Origin: a virus
Taxonomy: Duplodnaviria > Caudoviricetes
Length of the DNA: 57,295 nt
Virus record (IMG/VR): IMGVR_UViG_3300037851_000332
Span: 1-57,295 of that record
Strand: one strand, 5' to 3'
In this document: positions 35,250 through 45,117 of the stretch, in pieces
Numbering within the stretch: position 1 is the first letter of the stretch
Layout of the letters: every line of letters starts with the position of its first letter
Position numbers and translations under genes: made by a program
Notes under the pieces: generated by a model
Told to the model about the DNA's origin: nothing
The model's database searches: none
What the model saw: only the letters and a program-made list of their open reading frames with translations

Positions 35250-35980
35250 GCTTCACGGATCCTCTTGAGTAGGTCGTACGTACCATTACGCTTCTGGCGG
35301 GCCTTATGATCGTCAGGCTTCACACTGCCAGCATACGCATCCGCCGCGAAGGCCACGGCATCCTTGAGTGCCAATTTGTTCTTCATGATACTGCGTATCA
35401 CGAGCGCGGCAACCCCAGCGATGCCTCCACCTGCTCCGAGCATAGCCAGGATGCCTTCCCAAGTGTGTGGGTCAAGGGCAGTGCGAAGTGCGCTCCAGAA
35501 CACCGCTTCCTCATAAGCTCGTCCAGCTTGGATATAGACGAAGCGTATGAACTGCTTATCGTCGTTCGGGACTGGCCCAGGATCCTGCTTGCCTGTGGCA
35601 ATTATCGCTGGGCGGATAGCTTCACGGGCTGCGCAGATCAGGTCTGTCTTAACTGGCTCCCCAGCAGTAACAGCACGATCCAAGGCCTGGTCGGCTAGTA
35701 CGAGACTCTTTCCAATTTCTCTAGTGCCACACCCTGTAAGCACGAAGACTACAATCAGAGGCAGAAGCTTCGTAAATATGGCCGTGAACAGGGCTTTGGC
35801 CTTAGCCACCGTGATAGTCTGACCGTCTACTTCAAGCGGAAACACATCTTGATATTGCATACCAACAACTACCTGCTGGCCATCTTCACGCTGCTCAGCC
35901 TGCACGCCGTTCCGGTCAATGTGCAGACGCTTGCCGGTGACGGCGATGTCGGCGGTTCTGGGTTTTGTTGAGTCGTCCAT
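35246..35980 (-). CDS. Membrane lipoprotein-like protein (candidate spanin)
   Basis: Hydrophobic stretch ending in lipobox LTG-C and a second hydrophobic segment near the C-terminus. Confidence 0.5.
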   Translation of the reverse strand: MDDSTKPRTADIAVTGKRLHIDRNGVQAEQREDGQQVVVGMQYQDVFPLEVDGQTITVAKAKALFTAIFTKLLPLIVVFVLTGCGTREIGKSLVLADQALDRAVTAGEPVKTDLICAAREAIRPAIIATGKQDPGPVPNDDKQFIRFVYIQAGRAYEEAVFWSALRTALDPHTWEGILAMLGAGGGIAGVAALVIRSIMKNKLALKDAVAFAADAYAGSVKPDDHKARQKRNGTYDLLKRIREA

Positions 35981-35993
35981 GATATGTCTCCTA

Positions 35994-38615
35994 TCAGGTG
36001 TCCGTCACTATGGTCTTCACAGTCCCATCACCAAACTTAACCTTGAGGTCACCATCCGCAGAGTCTACGTAGATTATGGCTTCGCCAGACACGGTACTTG
36101 GCTCAGTCACAGCATCCTGAATCCTAAGATAATCGCAAGCCACATACATTCCAGCGTACACATATGTTCCGGCCTGCAAATTGCCAGACGCAAAGACATT
36201 GCCTGTTACTTCCAACTTCTCGGCAGATGCAGCACCACCAATACCTACTTTCTGGTCTGTTCCAATGTAGATTGCTGGCGTATTATTTGTATTTAGCCGT
36301 AGTGGATGGTTGCTCTTGGCTCCAATTTCTACGCGGCTTATGGCAGAAGCTGCCAATACCTGCGCCTCTACAGTACCTGATACTACTAGCGTGGAAGCCG
36401 ATGTACTCTGATTTACTAGGACTGCGCCTTCTACCTCCAGCGCATACGTCGTCGGTGTGCGGCCGATGCCGACCTTGCCGCCCACTAGGCATAGCTCGTC
36501 ATAATATCCACTCGTAGGATTGGCTGAACCAATGACTAGCCGGCCTGCGTTCGTGCTTGTTGCATACGAATATATGCGCCCTGTCCTCTCTGTTACGCTG
36601 TGCGCAAACAGCAGGGCGCATCCATCGCCTATCGACGTAGAAGAGTGTGATAAAACCGCCGTAGTGACTGCGCCAGTGCCGGTAACATGGTTTGACGAGA
36701 CGCCCGCGACTTCCAGCGCATACGTCGTCGGCGCGCGTCCGATGCCTATTCGTGCATCGCCTACGTACAAAACCACCGTCCCGTCACTGTCCGCGAGAGC
36801 GAAATCGGCAATTGCCCCACGATATGGGCTACGATAGTAGGTTCCCCAATTCGTGTCGCGTGACCAGGAGCCGCCGGTGAAGTCGCCGCCGGCTGATTGG
36901 AGCATCTTGAGGCCCGTCGTCGCGCTGATGGCCCCGCTCACCTGCAACGCCTCGGTGCCAGTGGGGTCAATGCCGATGCCGATCTTGCCATCCGCCGCAA
37001 TGCGCATACGCACGCTGCTGGCGGTGTGGAACTCAATCGAGGCTGCCTCCTGCGCGTAAAGGTAAAGAGTCCCTGTTCCGCGATGGTGGAGTGAGGCCGT
37101 TCCGTTTGCCCCAGCGAACCGCGCCAATCTCAGCCCAAAATCGGCATATGTGTCGTCGCTATGCAGGTCGAGCAGGGCGTTGCGGTCGCCTGACGCATTG
37201 GCGTTGATTTCGATATACCCGCTAGTGATAGCAGTAGCGCCGGCCTGCATCGAAGACCCCTGGATGGTCCCCGTTGCGTAGATCGCCCCGCTCACCTGTA
37301 ACGCCTCGATGCCAGTGGGGTCGATGCCGATGCCGATCTTGCTGCTGTTCTGCCGCAGGACGCTGTCTGTTAGCGCCCCGCCGGTTGAGGCCAACGGGAC
37401 GTAGCCGGCGGTCAGGGCGGTGACGGTGCCCAGCAGGGCACGGCCACCAGCGAGGCATGAAATTGATTCTGCGTATCCAGTACCGGCACTCGAACGGCCA
37501 AGGACGGTGTTCTGTGGAACGCCTGATATAGCAGTATAGGCCAACGAGGTAGAAGCACCAGCGACCGTCGAATTGCGTGAACGGCTCATTTGCTGGACGG
37601 CCATCAATCGACACTTACCCGTGTTAGCATCCCCGGCATTGGCTTGATAAATTAACTTCCACAGGACCACGCCCTCCTGGTCGATCAGCCAGCCAAAGTC
37701 CGAGTATGCGAAACTAGCAGCTTCGGCCTCGGCCACGCTACTGTATTTGGAAGTGTGAGCAATGAAATAGTGCTGGTACGTCGTATCCTGGGCTGGAGCA
37801 CAAGCATGCCAAACGATAGTCGTGTCATTATTAGTTAGGTCTGTGAGCGTGCCTGCGTTCACATATTGCACATACGTTCCGTAGTAGAATGGCACACTAG
37901 CAGTAGACCTGAGCCATGTAGCTCCGTTATTATACCACCGTTGGTAGGCTGCGCCAGCTGGTTGCGCCTGGATCGTGGCATCTACGTCTTCGTCCTTGAG
38001 CGTCCCGCCTGACACTCCTGGGCTTGTTGCAACGTCAGTTGCTACATTGAGCGTATAACCACTTAGCGCGAAGCCGCCTGAAAGAGCCTGCGTGCCTTGA
38101 GTTAGATGCGCCCACCTATGATACTCAGCATCACGGTAGGCGCTATGCCATTCTGGAACTACCCAACCTTCCGTGCCCGTGTATGTGATACGCGCGATTG
38201 GAGCGTGTTTGAGTATGTCCCACGCAGACGTTGATACCGTCAAGGTCCCAGACGTGTTAACATAGATAAAGTGTTGTCCAATCGCCGTGGAGTGGACTAT
38301 CGTCTGGGTACCAGAGAACGTGTACTCCGTGCCAAAGATCCACGCCCGAAACGAGGTGCCAGTAGGCGTGATGGTTAGTGTGCGCGTGCCAACGTTGTAG
38401 GAAAGTGTGAACTCACGGGTTCCTGCCTGACGGTCGTAATAGACACCTGTGATTGGCAGATAGCGATTTTCGATATCCCCTAAGATCGTTGTGCGTACGT
38501 CGCCAACAGTGATTTTCTTGCTACCTACGGAACCAAGCGACCCGTCAATGACATAGAATAGGTCTGTATCGTTGATATCGGATATCGCACCAAGGGCGCT
38601 TACCTTGCTGCTCAT
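35994..38615 (-). CDS. Tail fibre protein
   Basis: Repeated G(K/R)(I/V)GIG...LxVxG shaft motifs; C-terminal IYVDSADGDLKVKFGDG. Confidence 0.85.
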   Translation of the reverse strand: MSSKVSALGAISDINDTDLFYVIDGSLGSVGSKKITVGDVRTTILGDIENRYLPITGVYYDRQAGTREFTLSYNVGTRTLTITPTGTSFRAWIFGTEYTFSGTQTIVHSTAIGQHFIYVNTSGTLTVSTSAWDILKHAPIARITYTGTEGWVVPEWHSAYRDAEYHRWAHLTQGTQALSGGFALSGYTLNVATDVATSPGVSGGTLKDEDVDATIQAQPAGAAYQRWYNNGATWLRSTASVPFYYGTYVQYVNAGTLTDLTNNDTTIVWHACAPAQDTTYQHYFIAHTSKYSSVAEAEAASFAYSDFGWLIDQEGVVLWKLIYQANAGDANTGKCRLMAVQQMSRSRNSTVAGASTSLAYTAISGVPQNTVLGRSSAGTGYAESISCLAGGRALLGTVTALTAGYVPLASTGGALTDSVLRQNSSKIGIGIDPTGIEALQVSGAIYATGTIQGSSMQAGATAITSGYIEINANASGDRNALLDLHSDDTYADFGLRLARFAGANGTASLHHRGTGTLYLYAQEAASIEFHTASSVRMRIAADGKIGIGIDPTGTEALQVSGAISATTGLKMLQSAGGDFTGGSWSRDTNWGTYYRSPYRGAIADFALADSDGTVVLYVGDARIGIGRAPTTYALEVAGVSSNHVTGTGAVTTAVLSHSSTSIGDGCALLFAHSVTERTGRIYSYATSTNAGRLVIGSANPTSGYYDELCLVGGKVGIGRTPTTYALEVEGAVLVNQSTSASTLVVSGTVEAQVLAASAISRVEIGAKSNHPLRLNTNNTPAIYIGTDQKVGIGGAASAEKLEVTGNVFASGNLQAGTYVYAGMYVACDYLRIQDAVTEPSTVSGEAIIYVDSADGDLKVKFGDGTVKTIVTDT

Positions 38616-39037
38616 GAGACGCTCCCTGTGGCCAACATGCTCACTTGTGGGTTGGATCCAGCGAACTCCGCCTGACCTTGGAACTTACCGTCGAACTCCA
38701 ACTTGACTTGAAAAAAGTTCTTTGTTTGAACGAACTCTAACGTCTCGTTCAACAGTCTGCCGCGCCAGATGCGGCCAAGCCAATCCGTGAACTTAACATC
38801 CTGGCCGGCGTACGTGTGGCTGAACACGATGAGGTTTGTCTTGTCCTGCGCAGACAGCTTATTGAACTGTAATTCTAGCCGGCGGGTGAGCACTGTGTTC
38901 CTGTACGCATACACAGAGCCATCAATAGTAGTATGGATCTTTGGACGAAACTTATAGACCTCAAGGTCGCCTAATTCAGGATTCTTGAGACTAACAGACC
39001 CGACGGGGCTGGCGAAGGGTGCTTCTAGGGTAATCAT
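38612..39037 (-). CDS. Distal tail (Dit-like) protein, paralogue 1
   Basis: After tape measure; SVSLKNPELGD, beta-rich. Confidence 0.6.
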   Translation of the reverse strand: MITLEAPFASPVGSVSLKNPELGDLEVYKFRPKIHTTIDGSVYAYRNTVLTRRLELQFNKLSAQDKTNLIVFSHTYAGQDVKFTDWLGRIWRGRLLNETLEFVQTKNFFQVKLEFDGKFQGQAEFAGSNPQVSMLATGSVS

Positions 39038-39453
39038 ATCGACTCCTCCAACAGTAGTGGCTGTCCAGCCTCATCAAGCAAGTAGGTATCGTCCTCGAGG
39101 AGTAGGTAGCTATATACGCGTGTCCGGTATAGAACTAATGAGAGATCGTAAGCGCAAGAGTCGTGGTCGCATGCGATAGGCAAATCAGGCATATCTACAT
39201 AGCAAGGGAACGACTCACCTAGCACAGTAGTATCAATGACACGCCCTTGATACTCTTGTACGACTCGACATACGTCTAGGACGACTTGCTTCCGTAAAGC
39301 AGAGAACTGCAACAGCAACCTACGCACCACGATACGCCCCGGCAGCGTAGCGGTTGTGATGCCTAGGCGGGCCTGTAGCGTGGCGCTGCCCAATTCCACA
39401 GTATCTTGATTCAAGATATCAGGCTCGCGGATTATGATAGGACCTAGTTCCAT
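39034..39453 (-). CDS. Distal tail (Dit-like) protein, paralogue 2
   Basis: Similar pattern to both neighbours. Confidence 0.55.
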   Translation of the reverse strand: MELGPIIIREPDILNQDTVELGSATLQARLGITTATLPGRIVVRRLLLQFSALRKQVVLDVCRVVQEYQGRVIDTTVLGESFPCYVDMPDLPIACDHDSCAYDLSLVLYRTRVYSYLLLEDDTYLLDEAGQPLLLEESI

Positions 39454-39806
39454 ATAGTTGACTCTCTAAGCCTAAGTGTGACCTCGTAGCTACAGGCGTC
39501 CTTTTTGGTAGAAGCCTCTAGGTCCTCGTTGAAGACATAACAGTGTATGGCTAGGCCAGTGAACTCTGCATATACTTCCAAGGCTTGAGCCTTGTCCATG
39601 AACCAACTCAAGCGTTCCAGTTCCGGCTTGGTCAGGCAGACAAAGGATAAAACATACACACTCTCACTAACACGATCAGGGAGGCCAGCTATGCTGGCCT
39701 CCCCGATGCGGGTCTCTCGTCTTGAGAGTGGATTAATCGTAGATTGTGTATTACCGATTTGTGGCTCGGGCAACGTTACGCTATAGACTCCACAGGTGAG
39801 GATCAT
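39444..39806 (-). CDS. Distal tail (Dit-like) protein, paralogue 3
   Basis: SVTLPEPQIGN; similar pattern to both neighbours. Confidence 0.55.
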   Translation of the reverse strand: MILTCGVYSVTLPEPQIGNTQSTINPLSRRETRIGEASIAGLPDRVSESVYVLSFVCLTKPELERLSWFMDKAQALEVYAEFTGLAIHCYVFNEDLEASTKKDACSYEVTLRLRESTIWN

Positions 39807-42800
39807 GGTAGTTTTACGGTCCCCTGGCGGATGCCCCGCCGCAAGAGTTTGCCCAACTTTACGGCGTCATAGCCTTCACTACCACTACTTGTCAGGCTGA
39901 TATTAATATCCCCAACGTTCGTCGTTGCGCTGCTGGCAGCCTTCGTGTTCATGTTATGGATCGCTGGGTAGAACCTTGCGGTCGCCATGCGATTCATAAT
40001 ATACTCGCCAGGTGTCAATCGTGCGTTGACGCTATCAACGTACCCACCTGTTGCCCTGGCTATGGCTGGTTGGCTAGTTACAGCCTTTAAGGCACTTAGA
40101 TCGCTAGCTATCCCACTAATCTGCTGCCTAGCCTGGCCAAGAGCGGTAGCTGCATTCCCCAATAGCTCGACCTCTATTTGAGTAGCCTCAACAACGTCAC
40201 GATATTGGAGTTCTAAGGTATTGAGTATCTCTTTGGCTTGCTGCTCAGCTTGTATTGCTTTCTTAACAGTTGTAGCGGCGTTACCGATATCTTGCGTGTA
40301 TTTGGCTCGTGCTTTTAAGACGTTCTCAGGTGGGCTGAAACCTAGAATGTCCTCTACCAAATAATTGATGCCTGTGGCCGGTGCTGCAAGTCCCGAAGGC
40401 TGTATGCCTTTCAACGTAGATTGCGCGGCTATCCTCGCTTCACTAGCAATCTTAAAATCGCGCCTAGCAACTTCAAGTTTCTGTTCTAATTCAGATAGCC
40501 TAGCTTTTAGGCCTTCCTGTCTTGCCGTAGCACCTTCCTGCTGGCTTGTAGCCCCAGCTAAGTCAGCTAGCGCAGCGCCGCCGATAACTTGCTGAGCGCC
40601 TACTTCAACGCCAAGAGTACGTAGCCGCTGGACAGCCGAGACATACTCGTCTGCACGGCGTTTTAGCACTTCCGACGATGCGGTATCTAAGCCTTGTAAT
40701 AGGCTCACTAATTCTTGCATTGCAGACTTAATGGCCTCTATATTATTGAGTCGTGATTGATTTTCGGTATCAAGTTGCTGCTTCCTAGCTTCGGCAACTC
40801 GACGTTCTTCCTCGGCGAGTTTCTTAGCTAACTCACGTATCCGTATTAGGATTGAAAACCGATCTTCATCAAGTTCTTTTGTTAGTGAAATTGCTTCCTT
40901 CAAACTAGTAACATTACCAGCTTTCGTCAGTCTACCAATTTCCGCCTTGATAGCTGCTGGGCCGGCTTTGATAATAGCCGCGAGTTCATCTGAACGTATA
41001 GCTGAATTGATCTCATTAACTACATCGATATATTCTTTAGATTTGCCGAATAGGCCACTAATCTCTAAATTAGCAGCTGATACCTGAGCCTCAATTGCAT
41101 CGACAGTCGAAGCCACAACGGCTTGGATACTTGATCCAGAAGCAGTAATCACTGCGGATGTATTAGCAATGATTTCATTTTGTCGAACTTTGACAGCATC
41201 AAAAGCTAGCAATATGTCTCTGTTAATCTTAGCAGATATCTCTTTGACTTTTGTAGCCCTATCATTTAGTTCAGCAGTAATATTTGCAATTTCTCGTTTC
41301 CTATCCGATTCTGCCTGTCGCCTAGCAGCTGCTGCCTCGGGACCGCCACCGAAAATAATCTTCCACCCTTCGATAGCATTATCGGCTAGGATCAGTATGC
41401 TCTGACCTAGCTCGCCAAACAGATTCTTGACCTGTTGGCCAGCCTGTTGCGTGCGCTTGCCTGCACTGTCAAAAGCTATCTTAACTTTCTCGCTGTAGTC
41501 TGTAGCTGCATTGCCTAATTCGATGTAGCCTCGGCGGAAAGATTCAAAATACGGACCAACCTGACCAATGACGCCTCTAATGGCGCGGATATCGCTGAAC
41601 TCTTTAGCAATGATCTCATCGCCACGCAGTAATTCATTGTTAAGCAGTTCAAGGACGCCTAGCCAGCTCTTAGAGGCTATCAGAGCCTCACCAGTGGCTG
41701 CGCCCCACTCCTTGTACTTCCTCTTCAACTCCTCAGTCGGTCTGACTAATTTGTTGAAAAGGTTATATAGCTGAGTTTGGGCGTCAGCGGTTTTAACACC
41801 GTTAAGAGTCAGCTGCCTCAAAGATGCTAAGACATCCTGGAGAGACAGTCCCAGCTGATAAGCCGGAACAAGCGTCTTACCAAAAGTATTGGCCAGATCA
41901 TTCGCGCTAATGTTACCAAGGTCGATGGCCTTAAAGAGCAACGACGCGATTTCTTCTGTATCTCCAGCGGTTTTGCCTAAAGCGTTAATCGTGTCAGATA
42001 GAGTTTTAACAGCGGTACCGGTATCCGTACCTGTGATCTGAGCAAACCTAGCGGCTTCCTCGGCGAAGTCAATGATCTGATTCCGAGATTCCCCAATCTG
42101 TGCAGACAAGGCCTCGTAGGCGGCCTTTGCTACGTTAATCCGTTCAAAGCCCAATCTACCACTAAGTTCAGTGATAGACTTTGACCAATCTTGGAATGTA
42201 CTAGCTGTGTCGCTAGATAGAGTTTGGATACGCGATATCGCCTGCTCGAACTCGATAGCGTCTGCTATGCCTGCGCCTATAGCGCCTGTGGCAGCAAAGA
42301 AAGCTCTGTTCGAGGCATTATAGACAACGCTCTTGGCTAGATTCTTAGGATTGATCGGCAGGTTGAGACTTGGAGTTTGTGCAACTGGCTGTGCCTGGAG
42401 ATTCTTCAAATCGGCTTGAGCACGTATCTGGGCCGACCCTGCCAGCGTGGCCTGAGCGTTAGCACGCATCTGAGCCGCAAGACTCTGACTCGTAGCCCGA
42501 AACTTTTGCGCTCTGGCATCCACAGCCGAAAGACTTAACTCTAATTGCCTATTGGCCGAGATTTGCAAGCCAGTTGCACGTATTTGAGCTGCAGATCCAG
42601 CAGTCGCCCATCGCTCACGCTCTCTAGCGGATCTAGCAGCTGCGCGGGCTACAGCATCGGCTTCTCGCTTGGCCTCTGCTTCAACTGTCTTAACCCGTTG
42701 AGCTTCGATACGGGCTAATCGAGCAGCAGCCCGCGTAGCAGACTCAACTTGCCGATTATGGCCGGTGATAATAGTCCCAACTACTTTGGCCGCAGATTTC

Positions 42801-42940
42801 TGTAGGCTTAAGTCAGCCGACAATTGGGCTCGGACGTACGCGCGATTCGCAGTATCAATAGCTTTGAGAGCGTCTTGAATCTGCTTAGAGCCCTTAACGA
42901 AGTCACTGGCATCAAAGCCTGCTTTAATCAGATCGGTCAT
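39803..42940 (-). CDS. Tail tape measure protein
   Basis: About 1045 aa, Ala-rich helical, TP901-type core (FEQAISRIQTL, AAYEALSA), C-terminal ARATGG..DSV.ARLTPGEY. Confidence 0.92.
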   Translation of the reverse strand: MTDLIKAGFDASDFVKGSKQIQDALKAIDTANRAYVRAQLSADLSLQKSAAKVVGTIITGHNRQVESATRAAARLARIEAQRVKTVEAEAKREADAVARAAARSARERERWATAGSAAQIRATGLQISANRQLELSLSAVDARAQKFRATSQSLAAQMRANAQATLAGSAQIRAQADLKNLQAQPVAQTPSLNLPINPKNLAKSVVYNASNRAFFAATGAIGAGIADAIEFEQAISRIQTLSSDTASTFQDWSKSITELSGRLGFERINVAKAAYEALSAQIGESRNQIIDFAEEAARFAQITGTDTGTAVKTLSDTINALGKTAGDTEEIASLLFKAIDLGNISANDLANTFGKTLVPAYQLGLSLQDVLASLRQLTLNGVKTADAQTQLYNLFNKLVRPTEELKRKYKEWGAATGEALIASKSWLGVLELLNNELLRGDEIIAKEFSDIRAIRGVIGQVGPYFESFRRGYIELGNAATDYSEKVKIAFDSAGKRTQQAGQQVKNLFGELGQSILILADNAIEGWKIIFGGGPEAAAARRQAESDRKREIANITAELNDRATKVKEISAKINRDILLAFDAVKVRQNEIIANTSAVITASGSSIQAVVASTVDAIEAQVSAANLEISGLFGKSKEYIDVVNEINSAIRSDELAAIIKAGPAAIKAEIGRLTKAGNVTSLKEAISLTKELDEDRFSILIRIRELAKKLAEEERRVAEARKQQLDTENQSRLNNIEAIKSAMQELVSLLQGLDTASSEVLKRRADEYVSAVQRLRTLGVEVGAQQVIGGAALADLAGATSQQEGATARQEGLKARLSELEQKLEVARRDFKIASEARIAAQSTLKGIQPSGLAAPATGINYLVEDILGFSPPENVLKARAKYTQDIGNAATTVKKAIQAEQQAKEILNTLELQYRDVVEATQIEVELLGNAATALGQARQQISGIASDLSALKAVTSQPAIARATGGYVDSVNARLTPGEYIMNRMATARFYPAIHNMNTKAASSATTNVGDINISLTSSGSEGYDAVKLGKLLRRGIRQGTVKLP

Positions 42941-43455
42941 CGTCCCTCCTGCTTGATCCACGACGTGAGTCGCGGAACTGCTGATGGCCAGTGTTCTTGC
43001 ACATAACTATTGAAAGCCCGTTGACCTGCTACTAGAGCAGCCCACAGTGCTTCGTTCTTTGACCATTGATAGATTCGGATATCAAATTCTAATCTGAATA
43101 TAGGTCGTTCTTTTGTACCATAGGTAAGCGTGAACGCCCGCTTACCGTATTGTTCTCCAAGGTCAGGGCCGCGAGTTAGCGACTTCCTCCACGTGCCACC
43201 AGGAGTGTAAGCCCCTTTCTGTGGTCCGCGTTGGGGCCGTATCGCTGATCTCGCACTAGTGAGCATCCGTACTGCTCTAGCAAGAGGCAGTACGGATGCC
43301 CTAGACATACCAGTATCAATATGGACTGCTGGCAAGACATTTCGTACAAACTCTCTAACAGCCTCATTAAAGAGTTTCGTCATATTTCTATGCAGGTCAC
43401 GTGTGAACGAACCTACATCGGCTTTCAAGGGCCTATATCGGATTTTGAGCATCAT
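42937..43455 (-). CDS. HK97 gp10-like neck/tail completion protein
   Basis: V(H)IDTGMSRAS motif; GGAGG RBS. Confidence 0.65.
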   Translation of the reverse strand: MMLKIRYRPLKADVGSFTRDLHRNMTKLFNEAVREFVRNVLPAVHIDTGMSRASVLPLARAVRMLTSARSAIRPQRGPQKGAYTPGGTWRKSLTRGPDLGEQYGKRAFTLTYGTKERPIFRLEFDIRIYQWSKNEALWAALVAGQRAFNSYVQEHWPSAVPRLTSWIKQEGR

Positions 43456-44085
43456 TGCCTCCAGCCTCCTCGAACAACCTAAGTTGTTCGTAACCCAAGA
43501 CCATAGCCTTGATCCAGGTATCGCAGTCATCGAAGGAATCTGCAACACCTGGGGGCCGTATGCCCAGACGCTCACAAGCACGCCAGATGATATACTCTGC
43601 CGTGCGGAAGTCAGGATAGATGGGTCTTATACTCGACCCACTCCAGCTAAAAAACGCTTAGTCGCCTCTTCGATACGCTTGTTCGAGAGACCATTGGCAT
43701 CAATGGTGGCATTGATGAGCGCCACGATCTCAGTATCAGAGAACCCAGCAGCCTTGAGATCGGCAGAGTAGTTCTTCCAGGTACTTGGGTCGGACGTAAC
43801 CGAATCCCACTCAAGGCCTTCCGTGGCTCTGAGGGATTCTACGACGATCCACGACATGCGCGTCTCAGCGTAGGCCGTAACGGCGGCTTGATACTGAGTA
43901 TCAGTCACGTCGCGGGCAGTAGTGCCGTCCTTATACGTGATAACAGGAGCCTCAGGCTCTTTGACGATGGACTCGAAACGTGATAGGTCAACGACGCCAC
44001 ACTTGAAGACCAGGTCACCCTCTCGACGAGGGATGACCACGACTTCTGGAGCGGGCTTGTTGATGGGCTTACCGGCGAGCTTCAT
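43433..44085 (-). CDS. Tail assembly chaperone G-T fusion made by -1 frameshift
   Basis: Slippery T TTT TTA at 43654-43648; the -1 frame stays open through ...YPDFRTAEYIIWRACERLG... to TAG at 43435-43433. Confidence 0.8.
43627..44085 (-). CDS. Tail assembly chaperone (gpG-like)
   Basis: Directly after the tail tube gene; ends ...TKRFLAG at the slippery site. Confidence 0.8.
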   Translation of the reverse strand: MKLAGKPINKPAPEVVVIPRREGDLVFKCGVVDLSRFESIVKEPEAPVITYKDGTTARDVTDTQYQAAVTAYAETRMSWIVVESLRATEGLEWDSVTSDPSTWKNYSADLKAAGFSDTEIVALINATIDANGLSNKRIEEATKRFLAGVGRV

Positions 44086-44098
44086 AGGAGCCTTTCTG

Positions 44099-44127
44099 AA
44101 AAGCCGGCGGGTAATGACCCGCCGGCG
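44099..44127 (-). terminator. Intrinsic terminator after tail tube gene
   Basis: GCCGGCGGGT hairpin followed by TTTT on the minus strand. Confidence 0.65.
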
Positions 44128-44136
44128 TTAGGGGTT

Positions 44137-44637
44137 TCAGGTGGACTGAGCCGCGCGAACAGTCGTCGCGTACTTGGCATTGCACTTGCCAGCGCAAGTG
44201 ATCTGACCAGCCCGCGGATCGTGGTCGAACGACTCCCACCGGAAGTCCGGCAAGGTGATCGTTTCCTTGTCCGAGGACGAGCAGTTCGGCTCGTAGGTGA
44301 TCTCGATATCGACAGCATAGGGGCGGCAGGCGTCCGAATCCGTCGAGGTCCAATTAGCAGCCGCTCCGATTTGCTTAAGGGCATCTTCGACGCTGGGCGA
44401 ACCAGTCGTCGAAAGGGCACCCTTGATATACTCCCAATTAAAGGTGAAGTTGATGTCCATAGGAACGTCATCACCCTCACGCACTTCATCAATCACGCCA
44501 CGGTCCAGCAGATACTCCATATTCCGCTTCTCGGAATAGGTCAGATTGCCATCACCGATCTTGATGGTCAACTCGTTCGGAGTAGCGGCGCCATCCTTGA
44601 TCTTCATGGTGCAGTGCTTAAGGCTGAGTCTAGCCAT
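44137..44637 (-). CDS. Major tail tube protein
   Basis: Position before chaperones, beta-rich, strong codon bias, GGAGG RBS. Confidence 0.78.
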   Translation of the reverse strand: MARLSLKHCTMKIKDGAATPNELTIKIGDGNLTYSEKRNMEYLLDRGVIDEVREGDDVPMDINFTFNWEYIKGALSTTGSPSVEDALKQIGAAANWTSTDSDACRPYAVDIEITYEPNCSSSDKETITLPDFRWESFDHDPRAGQITCAGKCNAKYATTVRAAQST

Positions 44638-44640
44638 GCG

Positions 44641-45117
44641 TCATACCTCCAGGTACATCTCGTAGTGAGCCTCCACAGTAGCCTGCAACAATGGAATTGC
44701 TGGGTCAATTTGACCGAAATGATTCGTTTGAATCCTCTCTCGGTTCCTAATATCCTGAATTAGCTCCAGGCAGCCTACTAGCGTCTGCGTGTCGTCTGTA
44801 CTCGTACCGTACTTATACACGGGTATAGTGTCAGTGAAGGCTGCGGCCACATCACCTACCATCCTATGTATAGTGTGATACGAAGTATCAGTCATCACGC
44901 TTTGCGTCAAGACGCTAAGCTCAATGTATAGACGCCAGAAGTCCTTGCTCTCCTCGGTGTAGTATGGGCCATCCATACGTATTTCCACCAAGTTCTCGGG
45001 CTCTGCGGGAGTCCGGCTTTGACCTTCGATGAATACTTGATACTGCGTAAGTCGATCAGACAAGTGCTTACTGATTGATGCAAATATCCAACGAGCCCAA
45101 TGAGGATTTGCACTCAT
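44641..45117 (-). CDS. Tail terminator-like protein
   Basis: Size, position and fold pattern before the tail tube gene. Confidence 0.65.
   Translation of the reverse strand: MSANPHWARWIFASISKHLSDRLTQYQVFIEGQSRTPAEPENLVEIRMDGPYYTEESKDFWRLYIELSVLTQSVMTDTSYHTIHRMVGDVAAAFTDTIPVYKYGTSTDDTQTLVGCLELIQDIRNRERIQTNHFGQIDPAIPLLQATVEAHYEMYLEV

Noticed and set aside
36927-37342. Tail fibre repeat pair as a DGR template/variable repeat
   Set aside because: Mismatches are not adenine-specific, both copies are in-frame within one gene, and there is no reverse transcriptase
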